Source: an uncultured Nitrososphaerales archaeon (GTDB taxonomy: Archaea > Thermoproteota > Nitrososphaeria > Nitrososphaerales > Nitrososphaeraceae). Taken from it: 19,046 nt of DNA. A program made the translations under genes and the position numbers. Below the pieces are notes generated by a model that was given only the letters and a program-made list of their open reading frames with translations, searched no databases and was not told where the DNA came from. Numbering within the stretch: position 1 is the stretch's first letter; each line of letters begins with the position of its first letter. This document shows, piece by piece, positions 1-8,697 of the stretch. Location: NCBI GenBank assembly GCA_963709405.1, contig CAVPXM010000082.1, forward strand, positions 1 to 19,046, written 5' to 3'.

Positions 1-6
1 ATAATA

Positions 7-291
7 TTAATTCTTCTGTGTCTTTCTTTGTAGGGCTTCTGTATTCTGTAATCGTTTTTCGTCTTGCTCACCTTTGTGGCAAATCCGCCTAGTTCGATAT
101 TTATAATCCAACCATGATTTTAATTGATGTGCTACTTCGTCTGTAAGAAAAATAATTCTATCTGTTCTAGTTTTGTGTATTCTCCCCTTACAAATATATC
201 TGAAGAATTGACCAAGATCCAAATCTTTAATACGTATTGACGAAGCCTCTGCTGCGCGCTCTAATATCATAAAACGGCATCCGCGTGACAA
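7..291 (-). pseudogene. Tyrosine recombinase/integrase fragment (degraded)
   Basis: Translation RAAEASSIRIKDLDL...KTRTDRIIFLTDEVAHQLKSWLDYKYR resembles the box I (R..E...L...D) and downstream Lys region of tyrosine integrases. It has no credible start and lacks the C-terminal HxxR/Tyr motifs. Confidence 0.75.
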
Positions 292-468
292 GTATTATAT
301 ACTCTGTATTGTAAAATAAACATGCAGTACCTATAAGCGATATCCTCATTATTCTTCAAAAATAGCTGGCAAATCCTAACATAACTACAGTACTATAGTG
401 GTTCCTAATCATTAGTGAATTCACATAATGGTTAGTTGATCTGCTAGACTCTTCCTTATTGATTCATT

Positions 469-520
469 GATCACCAGCACTGAAGACGCCGGACTCGCTG
501 ATACGCGCTGGCCCTTGATC
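469..520. other. GC-rich imperfect inverted repeat directly 3' of the PPOX-like gene (possible 3' RNA structure)
   Basis: GATCA-CCAGCAC (469-480) pairs with GCGCTGG-ccct-TGATC (505-520). It starts 1 nt after the stop codon of the minus-strand gene 522-992. Confidence 0.4.
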
Positions 521-521
521 C

Positions 522-992
522 TTACTGCTTACTATAGTCCCAAGTGGAGTAATACTTTGGGCTAATTTCTATGACAACTGATTGACCTTTCTTCTGCAAA
601 TCTAAAAGTGCCTTAGCCATTGGATGTTCTAAATTTCCTAAGTACTTAACCATTATCTTCTCTGCGATAGGAATATTAAAGTTCACATCTTCATGTATCT
701 TCACAGTTCCCTTACCACGTGCCCCCTTATACGGAGGATTCGGTTCATCGATACAAAAGTAAACATTCTCTTTATTTCTAAGATTGTAAGTTTTCTTAGC
801 CTGCTTTGATGTTTCAATGTATATCTTGTTGGTCGGAAGATCGTAATAGTACCATGCAGGATGAATATTTGCATCGCCCTTCTCATCCACTGTTCCAAGG
901 TGTACGTTTAATTTACCAGCCGTCAAAAAATCCTTCGTCTCTTGTTCATTTAAAGGCCGACCAAATCCTGGACTTGCTTCTAAAATCTTCAA
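522..992 (-). CDS. Pyridoxamine 5'-phosphate oxidase-like (split-barrel FMN/F420-binding) protein
   Basis: 156 aa intact ORF with the typical pattern LGTVDEKGDANIHPAWY...K..NLRNKENVYFCID...PYKGARGKG and a C-terminal STWDYSK. TTG start with a TATA-like box about 30 nt upstream. Confidence 0.88.
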   Translation of the reverse strand: MKILEASPGFGRPLNEQETKDFLTAGKLNVHLGTVDEKGDANIHPAWYYYDLPTNKIYIETSKQAKKTYNLRNKENVYFCIDEPNPPYKGARGKGTVKIHEDVNFNIPIAEKIMVKYLGNLEHPMAKALLDLQKKGQSVVIEISPKYYSTWDYSKQ

Positions 993-1021
993 CGAAATTC
1001 AGAGTCTATAACTTGTTTACA

Positions 1022-1029
1022 TATTTAAA
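1022..1029 (-). promoter_or_regulatory. Archaeal TATA box candidate for the PPOX-like gene
   Basis: TTTAAATA on the minus strand about 30 nt upstream of the start at 992, consistent with a leaderless transcript. Confidence 0.45.
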
Positions 1030-1692
1030 TTCTATCTGGCATAAACAATATTCACAACCAATATGTGACTTTAACTGTGAATGGTATAGCTGTTGCCACA
1101 GTAATTGGCGATCCAAAGCAATCAAGGTCCCTGGACCGACATGATTATAGTATAAGAGTGGATAATAAAGAGAACTCATTCAGACCTACTTTTCCTGTCT
1201 TTACAACCTATTATGGAATAGAATATCAGTACTTGATGTATAGAAAATCAACCCTGAGGGATTGGATTTGCGTATTATTTTTATAGAATTTGACGCTCAA
1301 ATCTCTAGTGATATTCCATGCGTCAGGGTATCCATAGTAACCATAGTACATATTCAATTCTGTACAAGAAAATTGATTACTATTATGTATACCACACAGT
1401 ACGGATGTAGAATCCAATATAGTGAAAATACTACTACATAACGGATATCTACATAGTTCACTTATACAGTTTCGGTATTAACAAAGCGGCCGCAACGTTC
1501 GACCCACTTACAACGCAGGAACCCGACGCTAACGACGTAACCCTTGATCTTCTTGCTGAAGAGTCCGAATGTGGTGTGTTAGTCAACAAGTCTAGAGCCA
1601 AGTCTTCCGATACCGATACCGATACGGTTGCCATTCTGGATAGACAGACGTCAGATACACGCATAGACAAGGAGTTAGTCTTAATTCAGAAA

Positions 1693-1865
1693 ATGGGCTT
1701 ACGGTTATACTGCAAAAACTGCGGTAATCTATGGGCTATAGGGGCAAACTAGACGGTAGTCGATACTATGTCACATCTAGCCGTTGCCATAGTTCGATCC
1801 GTATCAAGTCACCAAATTCTACGACTACCAGTAAGACCAAGCGAAGGAAGGGAGCCAAGCGACAA
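1693..1865 (+). pseudogene. Small zinc-ribbon protein, frameshifted
   Basis: ATG 1693 gives MGLRLYCKNCGNLW. A frame change near 1733 continues YRGKLDGSRYYVTSSRCHSSIRIK, i.e. CxxC-x3-W-x-Y-x-G...YYxT(C->S)xxC. The TCT codon is one change from TGT. The frame is also open upstream to about 1426 without a start codon. Confidence 0.55.
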
Positions 1866-2075
1866 ATGAGTAATCCAGAACAAGAACTAGGCGCTGGAAG
1901 TGTACCAAGTGAACGCGTTAGGTACTGCAGGATCTGCAAACAGAACGGATTTCCTCATGAGGCCATTAGAAGACCGACCACTTACGACGGTAGAGATACC
2001 TATATCGTTGACTATTTCACAGGGAAGCGGCATATATGCAAGTCCAATAAAGATCGCTGGCCGGTGATCCCATAA
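1866..2075 (+). CDS. Small CxxC...HxC zinc-finger protein (69 aa)
   Basis: MSNPEQ...YCRICKQNGFPHEAI...IVDYFTGKRHICK. Purine-rich GGAAGGGAG lies upstream of ATG 1866. This is the 3' part of track ORF 1731..2075. Confidence 0.65.
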   Translation: MSNPEQELGAGSVPSERVRYCRICKQNGFPHEAIRRPTTYDGRDTYIVDYFTGKRHICKSNKDRWPVIP

Positions 2076-2252
2076 ATGAGTAAATCAGTAGAGATTGAAC
2101 AGTACAAGTCTACCCGCTGCTTCCGTTGCTATATGCCGATCTTTCTATGCCCATACGAGTTTGGTGAGTGGGTCAAGATGATACCTTTTGATTTCTATGG
2201 TACCAAGCGACACGAACGTATGAAACAAGGATATAATGATACTACTATATGA
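2076..2252 (+). CDS. Small CxxC zinc-finger protein (58 aa), paralogue of its neighbours
   Basis: My translation: MSKSVEIEQYKSTRCFRCYMPIFLCPYEFGEWVKMIPFDFYGTKRHERMKQGYNDTTI*. The ATG directly follows the previous TAA. Absent from the ORF track. Confidence 0.6.
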   Translation: MSKSVEIEQYKSTRCFRCYMPIFLCPYEFGEWVKMIPFDFYGTKRHERMKQGYNDTTI

Positions 2253-2371
2253 TACTAGAAGAAAAACCACTAGACGAGCCGATCCTATGCTGGAAATGCG
2301 GCGAACTAGGCCACAACATGAAGATCTTTCTCATACCCTACATAGACGCCAGTAATCAGATCATAAGGTGA
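2249..2371 (+). pseudogene. Small CxxC zinc-finger protein, 3'-truncated
   Basis: ATGA overlap with the previous ORF. MILEEKPLDEPILCWKCGELGHNMKIFLIPYIDA then runs into antisense hydrolase sequence at about 2348. Confidence 0.55.
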
Positions 2372-3021
2372 ATTGGACCCAGTTGTCCACATTCCATGTT
2401 TCATATTAAATCTTGCATTTGGATCAGACTCCATCAGATCTGTTATTGTTGAATTAACAAATTCCGAATTACCTTCTTCCAGTGCAGTTGATAAGGACTC
2501 AGGAAATGATGATGTAATAGCGGCATATCCATCATAAACTCCATCATTAAGTATACATGCAGAAATGCGATGGTCAAAAGCTGCGCTCTAGCAGCCAAAT
2601 ATCCACCCATACTCATACCCATTAATGCGATGAGATTTACATCTATACCAAATTCTTCCTTTCTGTTTATAGCATAGTCAATTACAGGAGTTACAACTTT
2701 TTCCCAGTCATGTCTAAAGGGAATTCCCTGCTTACGGATCACACCTCCTTGACCAGGTCCTTCAAACGTTAGGCAATTATATCCTCTTTCCAATGCTGGA
2801 GCTGCCGCTGAGGAATATAATTCTTCTAAAGTCGAATCAAAACCTCCATGAGCTATAAGGGTTGGTCCTGATAATTTCTTTTCGATTTCTTTCCCTCTGG
2901 TATTCCTGTCTCCATTATTGTAAAAACTATCTTTTTTTGAATAGTGATAAAAATAGCCAGGTAGCGTGACCCCTTCCTTGTATGGTATTTCAATTGATTC
3001 TATATAGAATGGAAAAAGCAC
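2348..3021 (-). pseudogene. Alpha/beta-hydrolase (2,6-dihydropseudooxynicotine hydrolase/FrsA-like), truncated at both ends and frameshifted
   Basis: IPYKEGVTLPGYF, HGGFDSTLEE, FEGPGQG and the nucleophile elbow GMSMGG. A frameshift near 2585 resumes as AAFDHRISACILNDGVYDG...KHGMWTTGSNSPYDLITG. The N-terminus and the catalytic-His end are missing. Confidence 0.88.
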
Positions 3022-3027
3022 TGCAGC

Positions 3028-3237
3028 TCAGTATACTTTCACGAGCGATTTGAGTTTCTTCCCGCTACTTTTACCCCGTTTACTTCTAATCTTGTCAGCG
3101 AAATCTATACTCATTTGCTACATAGAAGGGATTCCAAATTCAACGGAGGCTCCAGCTCCAAAGAAGCTCATTCTATCAGTGTCTATTGGACCTGGTTTAG
3201 AGGACTCTTCTAGTAAAACCCCTTTGTGATTCTCCAA
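3028..3237 (-). pseudogene. N-terminal remnant of a SIR2-like (sirtuin-fold) protein
   Basis: My translation: LENHKGVLLEESSKPGPIDTDRMSFFGAGASVEFGIPSM*QMSIDFADKIR... The FFGAGAS...GIP motif is the NAD-binding start of SIR2 domains. There is an in-frame TAG at 3118-3120. Confidence 0.6.
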
Positions 3238-3727
3238 CTCTGGTATTAATATTAATTCGATAGAATTGTTGGCAAATTTGTAGATAGGAAGGGGGATAAG
3301 TTACGTGATGTTAAAGGATATTCGATGTAGAAAGACCTATGGACTAGTATATACTAACTGTTAACGAATCATTTCGGAAAACTTTATCGGTACTGGTACC
3401 AACCTTGCTCTAAACCGTATTCTGGAAGTGGTGCATGAGGAACTATTTATATTCATATGATTATAAATTATCTTCTATGGCTAAATCAACAGAAAAATTT
3501 AACAACAACACTAGGTGGATTTTATTATCAGGAGTAATAGCAATAGCGCAAATCGTGATTTTAATTACAGCTACTATATCGCCATATGCTTATGCGCTGA
3601 CTATTCTTAATACGTGGGGCTCCAATGGATCAGGTAATGGTCAATTTCATGGTCCATCAGGTATAGATTTAGACTTTAAAGGTAATGTGTATGTAGTTGA
3701 TAGCGGCAATAACCGTATACAAAAGAC

Positions 3728-3938
3728 TTAATGCTACAGATGGTAAGTTCATTACAAAATGGGGTTCTTCTGGTTCTGGCCCAGGACAGTTCAATAGTCC
3801 AATAGAGGCTGCGATAGATGAGGCTCGAGGTCACATATATGTGACAGATGCAGCTAATGCACGAGTCCAGGAGTTTAATGCTACAGATGGTAAGTTCATT
3901 ACAGAATGGGGCTCTTCTGGTTCTGGCCCAGGACAGTT
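3728..3938 (+). repeat. 64-bp direct repeat pair within the NHL gene (3728-3791 / 3875-3938)
   Basis: TTAATGCTACAGATGGTAAGTTCATTACA...CCAGGACAGTT, two mismatches, offset 147 nt. Confidence 0.9.
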
Positions 3939-4011
3939 TACCACTCCTACCGGTATTGCAGTAGAGCTTAAGACAGGTAACGTGTACGTATCTGATACTG
4001 GAAATAACCGT

Positions 4012-4192
4012 ATTGATAAGTTTACCCCAGATGGCAAATTCATTATGTCTTTTGGTTCTTTCGGGTTAGGAGAAGGGCAATTCGTTAACCCAAGTCGTCT
4101 TGATGTTGATGGATTCGGTAATGTATATGTAGCTGACTTTGGCAATAACCACATTGATAAGTTTACCCCAGATGGCAAATTCATTATGTCTT
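4012..4192 (+). repeat. 40-bp identical direct repeat pair within the NHL gene (4012-4051 / 4153-4192)
   Basis: ATTGATAAGTTTACCCCAGATGGCAAATTCATTATGTCTT occurs twice, offset 141 nt. Confidence 0.9.
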
Positions 4193-4589
4193 GGGGCTCT
4201 CTTGGTAGAGGTAATGGTCAGCTGTATTTTCCAACTGATGTATTTCTAGATCATATGGTAGGTCACGTGTGGGTAGTTGATAGCGGCAATGATTGCATAC
4301 AGGAATTTACTCAAGATGGCAAATTCATCAATAACTGGGGGCCTCTTGGCATAGCTACTAGTGGTCACCTTCATAATTCAGTTGATTTTGACTTAGGGTT
4401 AACTGGTAAAGGATACCTTGTCGATCGCGATAATAACCGAGTCCAAGTATTATCTATGTCTCCTACAACGCAACATTAGTAATGGCGCCACCATAGCTTC
4501 AAAGAGCGAATATAGAGAAGAAGGGATAACTGGTTTGTGATATCAAGAAATGACGGTCAGTAGTATAAAACATGAGATAGGCTCTGGTA

Positions 4590-4776
4590 GGAGCTACTTA
4601 TAGTGATATAGTCAATGTAGGTGATAATATTGGCTTTTCTGAACATCCACAGATTGCCGTATCTGGTAGCAATGTGTATGCAGTGGGGACAGATAATACT
4701 TCGGGAAATGGAGAAATACGCTTTGTAAAGAGCACAGATGGGGTTGGCTACTTATGGTGATATTGTAAATCTAAGT
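4590..4776 (+). pseudogene. Fragment of a BNR/Asp-box (sialidase-like) repeat surface protein
   Basis: My translation: GATYSDIVNVGDNIGFSEHPQIAVSGSNVYAVGTDNTSGNGEIRFVKSTDG/(frameshift)ATYGDIVNLS. This is one repeat unit with an SxDGGxTY-like Asp-box and no start codon. Confidence 0.7.
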
Positions 4777-5444
4777 CGGCACTCGAAGTCAGGTATCTTA
4801 GTGACCACTATTTCTCTGATTCCAATAATTATCACCAAGTCCTATGGTTCGGAAGGCCAATATATTCACAAGAATTAGATTGAGTAAAGGTCAATAGAAT
4901 TGGTTAGGAAGCAGAAATCGAACAGCAATGTTTAGACTATGCAAGATGATGGACAATTAACCCAACCAATAATAGCGGAAAACCATGGTTATGCCAGGAT
5001 TTCGAAATCGGATCAAATATATCTCTCATTCCACCGAACCCGGATCAAAGTTGTCCCTTTATTACCACCCGGTTTGTTACATTAGGTAATTGAGTTCTCT
5101 ATCCGTAATAGACCAAGACAGAGAAATAACATAGGTACATCCACAGTACGTGTTTATGTATGCATTAAAACCTCTGAAGTTTAAAGAGACACTGAGATAT
5201 AAGAATCAGAAATTGTATAATCTATTGCGTCGATCGAAAAGATAACATGAATATGTTATGATGTCAGATTTAGTGATGTCGACCTTGCCTAAAATAGTCG
5301 GTTGAGGATAACACCTAGCTATTTACAGATAACGCGATTCATGAACCTCTCCAAACGCACCAAACGTCATTACTTAATTGCAAGATTTGATTCGATGTAT
5401 CAAACGACCTATTAAAGATAAAGAGAACAGGAACATTTTCAACA

Positions 5445-5702
5445 TGAAGGAGTTCGAGAATGGTGTTATCAAGAAAGGATACCTACGACATATTCGACAT
5501 AGAGGAGAGGAATCAGTAATAAAGATCAAAGACGGCGATCAGCATGCTAAAAGAAGATGGGTTGTAGAAAGAACCAACTCCTGGCACAACAGGTTCAGAA
5601 AGCTTTGGCTAGATCTGAAAAGCAGTTAGAAAGCTATTTTGCTTTAGTATGTTTAGCCTGTTGTTTTGTTATCTACAGGAGGATAATTTTGGGATAGGCT
5701 CT
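5445..5702 (+). mobile_element. IS5-family transposase 3' remnant with probable right end
   Basis: RRWVVERTNSWHNRFRKL is the IS5 C-terminal signature. After a frameshift it continues ...ESYFALVCLACCFVIYRRIILG*, followed by the TIR-like GGGATAGGCTCT (5691-5702). Confidence 0.85.
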
Positions 5703-5768
5703 CAGCTAACGAGGACATATTAGCTTTTAGCAAAAGTTTATTATATTAAAATTCATGATCACGTTTAT

Positions 5769-6200
5769 ATGCTAAAAAATAGATTCAAAAGAATCCTTGT
5801 TGCTCTGGACGGATCTGCGAATTCTATAAGAGGAATGAACGAAGCAATCTCACTTGCCAGACAATCTGAGGGAACAATAACTGGCATATATGTACTACCT
5901 GGAGTTCCAAGTGAATTTACAAATACATTAGCTAGTTATAGAGATTATCTATTAGAAAAAACAAGAAAATTCATGTCCAATGCAAAAACCAGCGCTGCAA
6001 GACACGGAATAGATTTTGAAGAAAAGATAATAACATCAAATGATACTGTAAATGCAATAGCAAACTTTGCAAAATCAGACAAATTTGATATCATAGTTAT
6101 AGGATCTCGAGGTTCTGGATCCCCAAAATCTGACTTTTTTGGTAGCGTATCGAATGGTATCCTTCATAGCTCTCGCATACCTATTCTTGTTGTAAAGTAA
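5769..6200 (+). CDS. uspA: Universal stress protein (UspA family)
   Basis: FKRILVALDGS at the N-terminus and DIIVIGSRG...FFGSVSNGILHSSRIPILVVK at the C-terminus. An AT-rich TATA-like sequence lies at about 5738-5750. Confidence 0.93.
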   Translation: MLKNRFKRILVALDGSANSIRGMNEAISLARQSEGTITGIYVLPGVPSEFTNTLASYRDYLLEKTRKFMSNAKTSAARHGIDFEEKIITSNDTVNAIANFAKSDKFDIIVIGSRGSGSPKSDFFGSVSNGILHSSRIPILVVK

Positions 6201-6285
6201 GGTTTCACACTGTATGTTATTAATTATTTTACTATTTTAAAATAGTAACAGCTTTCTACTCCCACTTAATATACTCGTAGTCGAT

Positions 6286-6560
6286 CTACGGTAACAGCAC
6301 ATTACGATTAAAATATTGCATATAATTACATATAATCGCCAACAACTTATTAAGACCCCATCCCAAAAAATAGATAGACATATAGCTTGAGAATGTCTGT
6401 TCATTGATGTGGCTTACGACAGAATCAAGTATCTGCCAACTGTCAAAAGGATCCCAGATGTTACTAGCGCTAGCAAAACCTGGCATGAAGCTGCTTGAGA
6501 TCATGGCTATACCAATTAACATAAGTACGGTAACGGCAATCTGAATATGCGTAGTTATCT
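6286..6560 (-). pseudogene. Possible N-terminal (signal peptide) fragment of a secreted protein
   Basis: IQIAVTVLMLIGIAMISSSFMPGFASA resembles a signal peptide with an AxA cleavage site. The rest is unrecognisable. Confidence 0.3.
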
Positions 6561-6701
6561 GACCTGGAATGTGTTAGATTACTTATGTTAACTGGTATAG
6601 GAAGAGTGCAAGTTAATACAAACCGGTAGCCTATTCAAACACTGTTGCAGGCAATTCGGACATTTACCTAACGACTATAATGCCTTCTTTTTCCTACTTA
6701 T

Positions 6702-7160
6702 CTACCTCGTTACAAAGTCTAAATATTTTTTTAGAGCCTTTTCATCGAAATCCAATGATAGATTGGCCTGTTCCTCAAAGCTAGGATTGCGCTGAGTGAT
6801 TTGTTTAACCGTTCTTTCGATTTCTCTTTCCATTTCTGCTTGTCCAATTAAGCCCAGTAGCTTGGATTCCATGGCGGGTCTTTGGATAGATGCACGTAGG
6901 GTATTGCTAGTAGAGACAAGAACTGCCGAATTATAAATTCCTAATAAGGTCAGGTAGCCAGCGACAACTAAGGCCGTTGCTGTTACGACTCCAAATGGTG
7001 GATACGGAGCAAGAGTTTGCGTACCTCCCTGATCTGCACTGAATATCAAAAGGATACCCCAGCCAGATAGGATCATAAATATTCTTATATTTTTTTCGTA
7101 ACTTACACTCTTTGACATCTTCCAGAATACAATCGCAAAGGTCAAACCGCCAATGGGTGA
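6702..7160 (-). pseudogene. C-terminal fragment of a multi-pass membrane protein (conserved hypothetical)
   Basis: PIGGLTFAIVFW...APYPPFGVVT...GIYNSA...LLGLIGQAEMEREI: three TM segments and a helical tail. It begins mid-protein with no real start. Confidence 0.65.
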
Positions 7161-7289
7161 AGTATAGTAGGTCTAAAAAAACCAGAAATCCTTAAAATAG
7201 TTCACATGGATTACACTGATAGTCAAATTCTTTTTGATTATTTATATAGATTGTAGTTGTCGCTTTTTCTCGTTGTATGTTGCATGTAA

Positions 7290-7752
7290 TTATTGAGTAT
7301 TGATTTCAATAATTGCGTTGTTATCCTCATTATCATCACTACCACCAGTGCCACCAGTACCGTGCTCATGATGCTGATTGTTAGTGCTAGTGCTACTGCT
7401 ACTGTGATGCTGATTGTTAGTGCTAGTGCTACTGCTACTGTGATGCTGATTGTTAGTGCTAGTGCTACTGCTACTGTGATGCTGATTGTTAGTGCTAGTG
7501 CTACTGCTACTGTGATGCTGATTGTTAGTGCTAGTGCCTACTGTGGTGTTGGGGCTGATTATCACCACTATCAGATGAAGTTGATGAGGTCGGTGTAATC
7601 GGAGCATAAGAAGTTGGAGAGTGACTCGCGTCCTTTACTACATTCTGTGCATACAGAGGAGCAACGAAACTATATGGTAACAAAGATGTTGCAAAAGATA
7701 ATACCACTAACGTTAGTATAAACCATTTTCTATTTGTAGAGATATAAGTCAT
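7290..7752 (-). pseudogene. Secreted Ser/Thr/Asn/His-rich tandem-repeat protein, frameshifted at about 7538
   Basis: Signal peptide MTYISTNRKWFILTLVVLSFATSLLPYSFVAPLYAQ. The frame shifts at the edge of the (STSTNNQHHSSS)n array and ends in an acidic tail. Confidence 0.7.
7369..7537. repeat. Perfect 36-bp tandem repeat, about 4.7 copies
   Basis: Unit TGATGCTGATTGTTAGTGCTAGTGCTACTGCTACTG starts at 7369, 7405, 7441 and 7477, with a partial copy at 7513. There are no spacers. Confidence 0.97.
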
Positions 7753-8415
7753 ATTCTATATCCTTGAGTTAGTATTATTATATGTGTATTAAGACACTTA
7801 AGTAGACCGTAATAAACCTGTTATTTATTACAAAAGATACTTTAATAAAAATATTATTCGATTTAGAAGATGGTGTGAAGTATATCATAATCAATTAGAT
7901 ATCAGAGTTTGATTCATAAATATGACCATGGTTTGTTTATATATAATATACCAACATTGAGTACTTGATACCGATTATCTACTTTTTTCATATTGTACAT
8001 GTATTTTTATAGAATAGTATAATCAAAATTATAAATTTATTGAAAATTTTGATAATGATATAAGATATGATTTCCGGATATCAATATCTTTAAGTTTGGT
8101 AACATTGGAATTGTTTTTATATGCTAGCAGATATTGATGGAACTGATATCAAAAAAACAAAATATATTTACTCAATAAAATGTGTTAGTAAACATTAATC
8201 GTTTTTATGAAATCTTTTCAACTAGTGATATAATCATGATTAATGTGTACTATAGAACATTATAATATAATCATAATGTCATAATAAACCCTAACTCCGA
8301 ATTTGATCTATGGTTATCACAAAAAAATTTGATTAACATAAATACATGATGGCTATCTTTTAGATTCTAAAACTACTCCCGATTTCTTAGAATAGTTAAA
8401 GAAGTACTATTCATG

Positions 8416-8697
8416 CTATGATAGCGGCATGGGATCTATGCTGTCATCCATACACAATGGGCACGTTCTAATTTTATCAGCTAAGTTGATCTTCACCCTA
8501 TTAGATGTGTAATTGATGTAAGATGCACACCAAAAACACGATTTGCAGAGCAAAAAATAATGGATGACATTGCCGGCGTCGCAGCTAATCCTAGCATCGT
8601 AACCAGTCACATTCTTTGCTACTCCTGGACTTGCACTGACAAGCATGCCTCCTTCGATTTCTAGATGATGGTTTCTAGTCATAAGGTGTGACATCAT
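8416..8697 (-). CDS. Small Cys-rich zinc-binding protein
   Basis: YFLLCKSCFWCASY...CPLC...IDPMPLS has two CxxC pairs. Start uncertain. Confidence 0.65.
   Translation of the reverse strand: MMSHLMTRNHHLEIEGGMLVSASPGVAKNVTGYDARISCDAGNVIHYFLLCKSCFWCASYINYTSNRVKINLADKIRTCPLCMDDSIDPMPLS

Larger units (their letters stand above)
3477..4479 (+). pseudogene. Secreted NHL-repeat beta-propeller protein with a single frameshift near 3726
   Basis: Signal peptide (ILLSGVIAIAQIVILITATISPYAYA) followed by about 6 NHL repeats (WGSxGSGxGQFxxPxGI...VYVxDxGNNRIQKF). The two track ORFs join if one base is removed from CAAAAG-A-CTTAAT. TTTATATT lies about 30 nt before ATG 3477. Confidence 0.88.

Noticed and set aside
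480-505. CTGAAGA as a hammerhead core or C/D-box sRNA
   Set aside because: No stem II followed by GAAA, and no convincing RUGAUGA box C.
701-1144. Track ORFs 701..898 and 806..1144
   Set aside because: Alternative-frame or antisense shadows of the PPOX-like gene.
1385-1470. Weak inverted repeat (TATAGTGAA / TTCACTTATA) as an element origin
   Set aside because: Too short and imperfect to stand out from chance in AT-rich DNA.
1458-1670. Minus-strand 70-aa ORF
   Set aside because: Looks like the antisense shadow of a plus-strand open frame leading into the Zn-ribbon ORF.
3831-4184. Minus-strand 117-aa ORF
   Set aside because: Antisense of the NHL repeats.
3728-4192. Near-identical repeat pairs as DGR template/variable regions
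   Set aside because: Both copies are in-frame NHL blades, there are too few mismatches to show adenine-specific mutagenesis, and there is no reverse transcriptase.
7369-7537. 36-bp repeats as a CRISPR array
   Set aside because: The units are directly adjacent with no spacers, encode an in-frame peptide repeat, and no cas genes are present.
7293-7598. Plus-strand hydrophobic repeat ORF (VMLIVSASATAT)n
   Set aside because: Antisense of the signal-peptide-bearing repeat gene; it stays open only because of the repeat.
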